Shown one piece after another: positions 36,434 through 48,300 of a DNA stretch of 64,000 nucleotides; position 1 is the stretch's first letter; each line of letters starts with the position of its first letter. The notes below the pieces were generated by a model. That model saw only the letters and a program-made list of their open reading frames with translations. It had not been told where the DNA came from and ran no database searches. The translations under genes were made by a program, and so were the position numbers. Origin of the DNA: Dudresnaya verticillata (taxonomy: Eukaryota); contig OZ374565.1 of NCBI GenBank assembly GCA_977862235.1, positions 992,001-1,056,000 of the forward strand. The letters run 5' to 3'.

Positions 36434-38329
36434 CCTACGTCGTTGAAGTATTTTTCGAGGAGGATATGCACAACATTGCTGCCTCCAAATTGGAACGTTT
36501 CATGACCCCAGTACCCACCGACTTTGATCCCGTGTTCCCCCTGCTTACAAACACCAACAAGAAATCCTGCTTGCCGCCGGTACAGGATGGTGGCGCGACG
36601 GAAAACGCACTCCACAACGCCCGACAGCGCAACTATACCAGCATCGGCTTGGAACCCTAGCAGTAATTCACTCCGAGATCAGTGCCCTCATCCAACGAGT
36701 ACGCCGTCGTGGTACACATGACGTTGGGCTTACAGAAGTGGGCACTCTCCCGGGTGTACGCGCCGAAATAGCGTTACGCACGGGTCTGCAGCAGGGAGAA
36801 GACCAGCTGTCCATGATTTGTCAAAATGTTACCCTGGAGGTCAGTAGCTTAATATCTGCTTGTATCGCTAACGATACGGCGTGTACATAGCCTAGAATGT
36901 GTCATGTTACCCGAGCCACGGAGTACCATATAAGGGTATCTCCTGTAGTATCTCGAAAGGCACCGCCGAGTGCGACACCGAAACGAGACCCCAAGAGGGC
37001 CAGAAAGACCGAGTGGATTTCGTGTAGGACTGGCCGAATGCAAAACGGACCTGCGCGCCGGTAGCAAGCGTGGTAGAGCGGGAGCGCGCGGACGAAGTCG
37101 TGGCCAAAACACGGGATGGGAGCAGTAGAAGGGCCAAGTTGGAGAAAGGTTGCAAACCTTTACTCCCAACCTCTGGCGGGACGGCTTCGTACCCATTCTG
37201 GCCGAGCCGTAGTGTGTGGCCGTCTAAGTAGACCCAAAATCGGCCGTGTAAGCTAATCTAGAGCTATTCTATAGTTAATGGCCGAGGTTACTCCCCGTCG
37301 GCCATACTATCTACTTGTGTTCCGGCGTCAGGCCAATATAGTGCCCTTGCGAGACTAAACCAAGTACTCGCGCGTTAGTGATTGGTCATGCGAGTTAGAT
37401 TTTCCCTTGATTTTTCCACTGCCTTCCCCTTCATTTCGTTTGCGGCCAAATCCAATTTCTTTTTGCGCCCGGCTTCAAATCAGATTATACGTGTACAACA
37501 TGCCACGTGGTGCGCATCGGTGTTGTAGGTGGCCTCGTGTGACACACTTGTAAACTCGGTGGACAAGTGTTATCCAGGTGCGCGTTCACTGTCGTCCGCG
37601 CGTCAGTGTTGTGGCCCTTTTTCCAACTGTCGATTTTTGGTTGGGCTGATCGTCCCATTTGGCCCGGCCTTCTGCATCCATTCCAGTGGCCTCCTCGCCG
37701 TTGTACCACATCTCCCAGAGCGGTCATTGCACAGTAAACTTCGACGCCCGTGCCCAGTTAACCGCCCGCCGCGTAAACTATGTTTAGTACCGTGCCACAC
37801 CTCCATTTAGGTTACAACCATTCGTCCACCCTCTGGGTTACTTCCACTCTACCACCGCTACCAGGTACCAGCTCTATGGCCATCTCATTGAGTGCAGTCC
37901 GTGAGTCCCCAAAAGACCTAAAAGGTACTTCCTTACAGCGAGCATTGGGGGTCCACAGCCGCCCCTGAACGCCTATAATTATCCTTGGGTTCCCGATGCG
38001 CAGCCAGGGAGTCCAGCTAAGTCCCTTTCTGAGCGGAATACAGTATTTGAAGGCGCGCGCGCAGTAACTGCGCGCCCGTCTTCAAAGAAACCCCACCCGA
38101 CACGCTGCAACCGCCTGTACCTCAACATGCCTCCATTTGCTACTTTCCCCGCGCGACCAGGGCCAAACGACATACAGGAAGAATGTTGATCTGGACATAG
38201 AATTTCGCAAACCTGCGACACACGGTACAAGATATTATGAATGTCTTCTCAACAACCCTGGAGCCCCGGTCTTCACGGCTGTCCACCTTTCCCCTTACAC
38301 AACACGCACTCTCACGAACTACGCTTAAT

Positions 38330-38743
38330 CCCCCGCGACGCCTGATAGAGCGACAGGCCCATTTCTCGGCGGCATCTGAATCTACATCAACCCCTCACGG
38401 CGGGCATGGAAGAGATAATCGCCCCAACCCGACCCACCAAGCCAAACATCCCTCTTTCAAACATTTTGCATCCATATCGAGGGTATAAGAGATATCGTGG
38501 GAATATGTATCAGCCCCTCCGCTACCAGCGACCACGTCGTGGTTCTCCCAATGCAGGAAAGAATCGGATTCATGGACCCACGGTTATCATGGGAGACTTC
38601 AACGCCCGAAGCACGAGATAGTGCTTCGCATCCAACCAAAGAGGTAACTCCCTGATCTCATGGTTAGCGAATACCCGCTTTGAAGCATTTTTGCCCGCCT
38701 TACCTAGTTTACGATGCCACAATGGAAGCGGCGGCTTAATTAC
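38330..38743 (+). pseudogene. Non-LTR retrotransposon (LINE) APE-endonuclease fragment; repeated every 4402 bp
   Basis: DIVGICISP followed by HGPTVIMGDFNARSTR*CFASNQRGNSL, the GDFN motif of APE endonucleases. Truncated at an LTR fragment. Confidence 0.75.
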
Positions 38744-38880
38744 TGTAGCGTAACTGTAAGACCAGATATGCCACGCATGCGTTGCTATAAGACCAGCTGC
38801 GCCACGGGTACCATGCTGTGCGCACACTGCAGTGTGACCGGCTGAAATGTCAGCCGGTCGAGTCACATCCCTGCTGAGGC
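38744..38880 (+). repeat. 5' fragment of an LTR related to the 33711/35599 family, in opposite orientation; repeated every 4402 bp
   Basis: TGTAGCGTAACTGTAAGACCAG...TAAGACCAGCTGCGCC...TGTCAGCCGGTCG...CCCTGCTGAGGC matches the reverse complement of about 34397-34541. Confidence 0.8.
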
Positions 38881-40384
38881 CATATCCCAACCGAATTCAG
38901 CAGGATGTTCGATGATATCGGCCGGTTCAGTAGTCGAAATTCGTACAACGCATTTTTCGTTTCCACCTAACAGGCGACGATTAGTGCGATGAACATGTCA
39001 CGAGACTGATGCGTAAGAAATGCGTGAAGTGGGATAACCTGTATATCTAGCCCGTCCCAACCGAGGACATTAAAGCGGCCAATGGGCTTAATCTTCTGGG
39101 ACTCGCGAACAGCATTGAGATACACTGTTAGAGCAGAAGTGCCTGGTTCAGACTCAGGGACAGGTGCGGCAGATGGTGCAGATGAGTCAGCTGGGGCCGA
39201 CGGAGGGACAGAATGTGAGACAGAATGACCAGCAGTAGAAACGGATACAGGCACAGAGAGGTTGAGAAATACACGGAGAAGATATTTAAAGTGCAAATTG
39301 TGGTCAAATATCGAGATAAGAGCCTTAACGCTCGGAGGTCAGCAATCTGGAGAAGGAAGCTGTTTAAGGCATTTTAATTTGCGAGATGCGACACGGAACC
39401 CAAATAAGGAGACGGATAGTGCAATAGAAATCCAAGATTACATGTGTAAGAGAGACGAAGGCATCTTGCTGGACATCTTTGAGCGAACGACGCGTAGGAT
39501 TAGCTGAAGGCATGCCTAAACAGAAGAGAGATCAGGAGGGAAACGACAGTGGAGACAGCGACAACGAGTGGAAGCAAACAGGGTTGAGAGGAAAACGAGA
39601 GAAGCAAAGACCAGGAAAGTCAAGAGGCCCCCCGCGAGCTGCCGACACAAGTACGGCAGCGCGGCGGGTGCAAAGCTCGGCACAGACGCGCTAGGAGGAG
39701 CGTAAGCAGTCGAGACGAAACAGCCACGGAAACAAGCCGGGATCCTTCACAAACAAGGAGAAGAGGAAATTTTTCGCGACGTTTATCGATGAGAAAGGAA
39801 AATGTGTATGAACTACAGCAGGAAGCAAACCTTTCTCCAACTCGACAAGTTTAGGCTTTTACATCTTTCTGTTGGACGTGCCCGAGTTGCACCGCGTGTA
39901 CTGTTGGCGGTACGGGGACTACAATAGAATAGAAAGATGGGGAAGACGGTGGAGGGGATGAATGTGGTGTTCAGCGGGTTAAGTATCCCGCAGGAATCGG
40001 TCACGTCGTGCAGACGGACGTCGGCTATCATCTAGGGTTACATTACCTATTTACAGTGTCTTGCATTTCCCCTTCTCCTTGTTTGGAGAGAAGCCTTTCA
40101 CTTCATTTCCTCCTTGCTTCCAAACATGCACACGAGGTCTCCGAAAAGGGAGGGGCGGTGTCCGCATTGGGCGGAAGCGGGCGACTCCAAGCAATGTGCT
40201 AAATCGGAAATACCGACCGGAAACATTCGCGTGGGGTCTGGCACAATAAATCAGCTAACATTCAGAGGTTATCGAACAATCAGATTTGAATGAATAGGCC
40301 CGCGGTTCTTCGGCGGAAGCGCGACGGGCCTCTGGCCGGGCGTTCAGCCAACCATTAACGCCCTGGGGATATATAAGCTACCAG

Positions 40385-41455
40385 GTGTACCTTGCTACCC
40401 TTACCCTGCTCTGGTCACGAACTATCCTGATCGGGAAGTACCCCAAGGTCGCCTGGTTCGCTTGTGGACTTGTCTTCACTCAAATGGTAGCTTGCTACAA
40501 CTCTTTCTTGTCGATTGACCCACGCGGTGAGCTACAAGACGCCTATTTTGTGTCGGTCCGCAGTTTCGCGGTCAACCTTGCGGAGAAACTGTAGTGCAAA
40601 CGGTGGGGCAGTGGTTGTTCGCTCTGAGCTTGTTTTGGCATCGTCACCCGACGGAAATCGCCAGCGGAGCGCTGACCCGCCGTTGGCACAAACACGTCAA
40701 AGACGTATGCCACTGGGCGCTCCTGGGCCATAACGGCTCACATGCGTACGGACATCGCGTTTGGTGCATTGCGCGCACACGCGATGGTACTGTACTGCGG
40801 CACACGTGGCCTCTGGGGCACTGTGTGCCAGCCATGGTACGAATCCGGATGGACATCGGGAACAACAGTGGTACGAGCCTGTAAAGATGGCCCGGATCCA
40901 AATCGGATCCGGATTTTTGTTATCGAGATCGGGCATCGGGATCCGTGCTGATATAAGGCGTGCGCCTGTAATGCTGGCGCGTCCGTAATGCTGGGACGAG
41001 TGAGGATCAGAGTCGGGATTGCACGCGCAGCGACGTGAAAGCGCCTGAAAGCGGCGCGAGACCACGAGTGTGTGTAAGTGCGCGTAATATGATGCGCGCG
41101 GCAAACCTGTCAGACGCACAGGGAGGTCGCGGCCTGGTCCGAAGCGGGTTTGCGCGTGGACGTCGTCGCACTACAGAAACTCCGCGATGGCTGTGGAGAG
41201 GCTGGCCTTCCATTACGCAAGTCGGTTAATGAGGCCATTACCTTTGTGGTGACATTGGTTGGGCGTCTTGCGCGCCTTCAACGCACGATTTGCGCCTTGC
41301 GTCGTTGCATAACCGACACCGGCAGGACGCCCACCATGCTGACGGCCAGGGTGGTGTATGGCGAAGATATCCCTGATCTGGAGTCTGACACCGCGAAGGA
41401 TGAGGAAATGGAAGTCGACCCCGCACCTTCTATGAAGCGTCAGCTCTACGCATAA
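40385..41455 (+). pseudogene. Internally deleted homolog of the element A antisense ORF; repeated every 4402 bp
   Basis: RVDVVALQKLRDGC...VGRLARLQRTICALRRCITDTGR...TARVVYGEDIPDLE aligns closely with the 310-60 (-) translation RVDGAALQRLRKGC...VGRLARLRRTIRALRRRMADTGR...TARVYGEDIPDLE. There is weaker similarity upstream (HP, HW, RxRDG...HTW). Confidence 0.8.
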
Positions 41456-41789
41456 TCCCGATCGGTGCCACTTGTAAATGAGCCTAGTGACTTGATGGAG
41501 CCCCCTTCCACTGGCGGAGCGAGAGTATAATTTCCTCACCAATTCGGAGTGGGCCCCGTGGGTAAGCATTCGTTGCCACTTCCTGCAACATTTAGGCCTA
41601 ATTACGAGAATTCTTCGAGGCCATGAACGCCAGGGGTACTTGCACCCCGCGTTTAGACAGTTACCGATATGGAGTAGAGTCTCTTGGGCAAGGGCTCAGT
41701 GGCCTTGATTCCGGAGGTCATGCCCGTTTTTGCGAAATAGGACGGGAGCTCACGCGATTAACCGCGGGAGCTTCTTCAACGGCGTCGCG

Positions 41790-42338
41790 TAGACGATGCT
41801 GCTGTACTTTTTCTATTGCAATATCGGTGGATGAAATTCTGTCGCAACTCCTCCGCGGGCTCATAGGTGTCCTTGGCTGGCGGGTAGCCGTACCAGCGCA
41901 CTTTGTAAGTCATGCCCGTCGGCTCCTCGCGGTGTCCCCGATTTGGTAAATCATATACTCCTTATCGGCGTCAATGGGTTCCAATGACACCTGCTGGTTG
42001 CGAGATAATAGTCGTCTCGACTGAGGGTTGTCGTACCATATCTCCGCCATTGGGGTGTGGGGCAACCGGCAGCGCTACGAGTGGGGCCGGTTGCACTGGT
42101 GCTCCAATTTGAACTTTGGTGATGCGATCGATACTGATAGGAATCAGCACGTCATCCTTCTTGATGGTGGCGACAGACTCCGTTGCGGTGTGTACCTCAT
42201 ATGGGCCCGTCGATCGATCGAGGTAGTAGCTTTTTCATCTGCTCCGCGAAATCGCCGACATGGTCAGCGCTTTGCCCCATTCTGTCGCGTTCTTTCCGTT
42301 CGATGGGCCGCAAGTTTCGTGGCGGGCGATCTACGTAG
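41790..42338 (-). pseudogene. C-terminal fragment of a Gypsy integrase (GPY/F plus chromodomain); repeated every 4402 bp
   Basis: The - strand reads YVDRPP...KKLLPRS..GPYEV...ISIDRIT and EYMI...GHREEPTGMTYKVRWYGYPPAKDTYEPAEEL. It is cut off at the unit boundary. Confidence 0.85.
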
Positions 42339-45300
42339 AGCGAGCATTGGGGGTCCACAGCCGCCCCTGAACGCCTATAATTATCCTTGGGTTCCCGATG
42401 CGCAGCCAGGGAGTCCAGCTAAGTCCCTTTCTGAGCGGAATACAGTATTTGAAGGCGCGCGCGCAGTAACTGCGCGCCCGTCTTCAAAGAAACCCCACCC
42501 GACACGCTGCAACCGCCTGTACCTCAACATGCCTCCATTTGCTACTTTCCCCGCGCGACCAGGGCCAAACGACATACAGGAAGAATGTTGATCTGGACAT
42601 AGAATTTCGCAAACCTGCGACACACGGTACAAGATATTATGAATGTCTTCTCAACAACCCTGGAGCCCCGGTCTTCACGGCTGTCCACCTTTCCCCTTAC
42701 ACAACACGCACTCTCACGAACTACGCTTAATCCCCCGCGACGCCTGATAGAGCGACAGGCCCATTTCTCGGCGGCATCTGAATCTACATCAACCCCTCAC
42801 GGCGGGCATGGAAGAGATAATCGCCCCAACCCGACCCACCAAGCCAAACATCCCTCTTTCAAACATTTTGCATCCATATCGAGGGTATAAGAGATATCGT
42901 GGGAATATGTATCAGCCCCTCCGCTACCAGCGACCACGTCGTGGTTCTCCCAATGCAGGAAAGAATCGGATTCATGGACCCACGGTTATCATGGGAGACT
43001 TCAACGCCCGAAGCACGAGATAGTGCTTCGCATCCAACCAAAGAGGTAACTCCCTGATCTCATGGTTAGCGAATACCCGCTTTGAAGCATTTTTGCCCGC
43101 CTTACCTAGTTTACGATGCCACAATGGAAGCGGCGGCTTAATTACTGTAGCGTAACTGTAAGACCAGATATGCCACGCATGCGTTGCTATAAGACCAGCT
43201 GCGCCACGGGTACCATGCTGTGCGCACACTGCAGTGTGACCGGCTGAAATGTCAGCCGGTCGAGTCACATCCCTGCTGAGGCCATATCCCAACCGAATTC
43301 AGCAGGATGTTCGATGATATCGGCCGGTTCAGTAGTCGAAATTCGTACACCGCATTTTTCGTTTCCACCTAACAGGCGACGATTAGTGCGATGAACATGT
43401 CACGAGACTGATGCGTAAGAAATGCGTGAAGTGGGATAACCTGTATATCTAGCCCGTCCCAACCGAGGACATTAAAGCGGCCAATGGGCTTAATCTTCTG
43501 GGACTCGCGAACAGCATTGAGATACACTGTTAGAGCAGAAGTGCCTGGTTCAGACTCAGGGACAGGTGCGGCAGATGGTGCAGATGAGTCAGCTGGGGCC
43601 GACGGAGGGACAGAATGTGAGACAGAATGACCAGCAGTAGAAACGGATACAGGCACAGAGAGGTTGAGAAATACACGGAGAAGATATTTAAAGTGCAAAT
43701 TGTGGTCAAATATCGAGATAAGAGCCTTAACGCTCGGAGGTCAGCAATCTGGAGAAGGAAGCTGTTTAAGGCATTTTAATTTGCGAGATGCGACACGGAA
43801 CCCAAATAAGGAGACGGATAGTGCAATAGAAATCCAAGATTACATGTGTAAGAGAGACGAAGGCATCTTGCTGGACATCTTTGAGCGAACGACGCGTAGG
43901 ATTAGCTGAAGGCATGCCTAAACAGAAGAGAGATCAGGAGGGAAACGACAGTGGAGACAGCGACAACGAGTGGAAGCAAACAGGGTTGAGAGGAAAACGA
44001 GAGAAGCAAAGACCAGGAAAGTCAAGAGGCCCCCCGCGAGCTGCCGACACAAGTACGGCAGCGCGGCGGGTGCAAAGCTCGGCACAGACGCGCTAGGAGG
44101 AGCGTAAGCAGTCGAGACGAAACAGCCACGGAAACAAGCCGGGATCCTTCACAAACAAGGAGAAGAGGAAATTTTTCGCGACGTTTATCGATGAGAAAGG
44201 AAAATGTGTATGAACTACAGCAGGAAGCAAACCTTTCTCCAACTCGACAAGTTTAGGCTTTTACATCTTTCTGTTGGACGTGCCCGAGTTGCACCGCGTG
44301 TACTGTTGGCGGTACGGGGACTACAATAGAATAGAAAGATGGGGAAGACGGTGGAGGGGATGAATGTGGTGTTCAGCGGGTTAAGTATCCCGCAGGAATC
44401 GGTCACGTCGTGCAGACGGACGTCGGCTATCATCTAGGGTTACATTACCTATTTACAGTGTCTTGCATTTCCCCTTCTCCTTGTTTGGAGAGAAGCCTTT
44501 CACTTCATTTCCTCCTTGCTTCCAAACATGCACACGAGGTCTCCGAAAAGGGAGGGGCGGTGTCCGCATTGGGCGGAAGCGGGCGACTCCAAGCAATGTG
44601 CTAAATCGGAAATACCGACCGGAAACATTCGCGTGGGGTCTGGCACAATAAATCAGCTAACATTCAGAGGTTATCGAACAATCAGATTTGAATGAATAGG
44701 CCCGCGGTTCTTCGGCGGAAGCGCGACGGGCCTCTGGCCGGGCGTTCAGCCAACCATTAACGCCCTGGGGATATATAAGCTACCAGGTGTACCTTGCTAC
44801 CCTTACCCTGCTCTGGTCACGAACTATCCTGATCGGGAAGTACCCCAAGGTCGCCTGGTTCGCTTGTGGACTTGTCTTCACTCAAATGGTAGCTTGCTAC
44901 AACTCTTTCTTGTCGATTGACCCACGCGGTGAGCTACAAGACGCCTATTTTGTGTCGGTCCGCAGTTTCGCGGTCAACCTTGCGGAGAAACTGTAGTGCA
45001 AACGGTGGGGCAGTGGTTGTTCGCTCTGAGCTTGTTTTGGCATCGTCACCCGACGGAAATCGCCAGCGGAGCGCTGACCCGCCGTTGGCACAAACACGTC
45101 AAAGACGTATGCCACTGGGCGCTCCTGGGCCATAACGGCTCACATGCGTACGGACATCGCGTTTGGTGCATTGCGCGCACACGCGATGGTACTGTACTGC
45201 GGCACACGTGGCCTCTGGGGCACTGTGTGCCAGCCATGGTACGAATCCGGATGGACATCGGGAACAACAGTGGTACGAGCCTGTAAAGATGGCCCGGATC

Positions 45301-48300
45301 CAAATCGGATCCGGATTTTTGTTATCGAGATCGGGCATCGGGATCCGTGCTGATATAAGGCGTGCGCCTGTAATGCTGGCGCGTCCGTAATGCTGGGACG
45401 AGTGAGGATCAGAGTCGGGATTGCACGCGCAGCGACGTGAAAGCGCCTGAAAGCGGCGCGAGACCACGAGTGTGTGTAAGTGCGCGTAATATGATGCGCG
45501 CGGCAAACCTGTCAGACGCACAGGGAGGTCGCGGCCTGGTCCGAAGCGGGTTTGCGCGTGGACGTCGTCGCACTACAGAAACTCCGCGATGGCTGTGGAG
45601 AGGCTGGCCTTCCATTACGCAAGTCGGTTAATGAGGCCATTACCTTTGTGGTGACATTGGTTGGGCGTCTTGCGCGCCTTCAACGCACGATTTGCGCCTT
45701 GCGTCGTTGCATAACCGACACCGGCAGGACGCCCACCATGCTGACGGCCAGGGTGGTGTATGGCGAAGATATCCCTGATCTGGAGTCTGACACCGCGAAG
45801 GATGAGGAAATGGAAGTCGACCCCGCACCTTCTATGAAGCGTCAGCTCTACGCATAATCCCGATCGGTGCCACTTGTAAATGAGCCTAGTGACTTGATGG
45901 AGCCCCCTTCCACTGGCGGAGCGAGAGTATAATTTCCTCACCAATTCGGAGTGGGCCCCGTGGGTAAGCATTCGTTGCCACTTCCTGCAACATTTAGGCC
46001 TAATTACGAGAATTCTTCGAGGCCATGAACGCCAGGGGTACTTGCACCCCGCGTTTAGACAGTTACCGATATGGAGTAGAGTCTCTTGGGCAAGGGCTCA
46101 GTGGCCTTGATTCCGGAGGTCATGCCCGTTTTTGCGAAATAGGACGGGAGCTCACGCGATTAACCGCGGGAGCTTCTTCAACGGCGTCGCGTAGACGATG
46201 CTGCTGTACTTTTTCTATTGCAATATCGGTGGATGAAATTCTGTCGCAACTCCTCCGCGGGCTCATAGGTGTCCTTGGCTGGCGGGTAGCCGTACCAGCG
46301 CACTTTGTAAGTCATGCCCGTCGGCTCCTCGCGGTGTCCCCGATTTGGTAAATCATATACTCCTTATCGGCGTCAATGGGTTCCAATGACACCTGCTGGT
46401 TGCGAGATAATAGTCGTCTCGACTGAGGGTTGTCGTACCATATCTCCGCCATTGGGGTGTGGGGCAACCGGCAGCGCTACGAGTGGGGCCGGTTGCACTG
46501 GTGCTCCAATTTGAACTTTGGTGATGCGATCGATACTGATAGGAATCAGCACGTCATCCTTCTTGATGGTGGCGACAGACTCCGTTGCGGTGTGTACCTC
46601 ATATGGGCCCGTCGATCGATCGAGGTAGTAGCTTTTTCATCTGCTCCGCGAAATCGCCGACATGGTCAGCGCTTTGCCCCATTCTGTCGCGTTCTTTCCG
46701 TTCGATGGGCCGCAAGTTTCGTGGCGGGCGATCTACGTAGAGCGAGCATTGGGGGTCCACAGCCGCCCCTGAACGCCTATAATTATCCTTGGGTTCCCGA
46801 TGCGCAGCCAGGGAGTCCAGCTAAGTCCCTTTCTGAGCGGAATACAGTATTTGAAGGCGCGCGCGCAGTAACTGCGCGCCCGTCTTCAAAGAAACCCCAC
46901 CCGACACGCTGCAACCGCCTGTACCTCAACATGCCTCCATTTGCTACTTTCCCCGCGCGACCAGGGCCAAACGACATACAGGAAGAATGTTGATCTGGAC
47001 ATAGAATTTCGCAAACCTGCGACACACGGTACAAGATATTATGAATGTCTTCTCAACAACCCTGGAGCCCCGGTCTTCACGGCTGTCCACCTTTCCCCTT
47101 ACACAACACGCACTCTCACGAACTACGCTTAATCCCCCGCGACGCCTGATAGAGCGACAGGCCCATTTCTCGGCGGCATCTGAATCTACATCAACCCCTC
47201 ACGGCGGGCATGGAAGAGATAATCGCCCCAACCCGACCCACCAAGCCAAACATCCCTCTTTCAAACATTTTGCATCCATATCGAGGGTATAAGAGATATC
47301 GTGGGAATATGTATCAGCCCCTCCGCTACCAGCGACCACGTCGTGGTTCTCCCAATGCAGGAAAGAATCGGATTCATGGACCCACGGTTATCATGGGAGA
47401 CTTCAACGCCCGAAGCACGAGATAGTGCTTCGCATCCAACCAAAGAGGTAACTCCCTGATCTCATGGTTAGCGAATACCCGCTTTGAAGCATTTTTGCCC
47501 GCCTTACCTAGTTTACGATGCCACAATGGAAGCGGCGGCTTAATTACTGTAGCGTAACTGTAAGACCAGATATGCCACGCATGCGTTGCTATAAGACCAG
47601 CTGCGCCACGGGTACCATGCTGTGCGCACACTGCAGTGTGACCGGCTGAAATGTCAGCCGGTCGAGTCACATCCCTGCTGAGGCCATATCCCAACCGAAT
47701 TCAGCAGGATGTTCGATGATATCGGCCGGTTCAGTAGTCGAAATTCGTACACCGCATTTTTCGTTTCCACCTAACAGGCGACGATTAGTGCGATGAACAT
47801 GTCACGAGACTGATGCGTAAGAAATGCGTGAAGTGGGATAACCTGTATATCTAGCCCGTCCCAACCGAGGACATTAAAGCGGCCAATGGGCTTAATCTTC
47901 TGGGACTCGCGAACAGCATTGAGATACACTGTTAGAGCAGAAGTGCCTGGTTCAGACTCAGGGACAGGTGCGGCAGATGGTGCAGATGAGTCAGCTGGGG
48001 CCGACGGAGGGACAGAATGTGAGACAGAATGACCAGCAGTAGAAACGGATACAGGCACAGAGAGGTTGAGAAATACACGGAGAAGATATTTAAAGTGCAA
48101 ATTGTGGTCAAATATCGAGATAAGAGCCTTAACGCTCGGAGGTCAGCAATCTGGAGAAGGAAGCTGTTTAAGGCATTTTAATTTGCGAGATGCGACACGG
48201 AACCCAAATAAGGAGACGGATAGTGCAATAGAAATCCAAGATTACATGTGTAAGAGAGACGAAGGCATCTTGCTGGACATCTTTGAGCGAACGACGCGTA

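Noticed and set aside
34542..36720. LINE ORF1-like remnant interrupted by the solo LTR (VVEVFFEE...DFDP)
   Set aside because: Suggestive only; too degraded to call without a database search.
36720..37520. Additional solo LTR
   Set aside because: Composition is LTR-like, but I could not find convincing TG...CA inverted ends with a matching TSD.
40030..40410. Telomere-like TAGGGTTA / CCCTTACCCT motifs
   Set aside because: Isolated single occurrences, not tandem arrays.
42028..42591. 187-aa ORF spanning the unit junction as a new fusion gene
   Set aside because: It is antisense to the integrase fragment, starts at TTG and has no motif; most likely a chance open frame.
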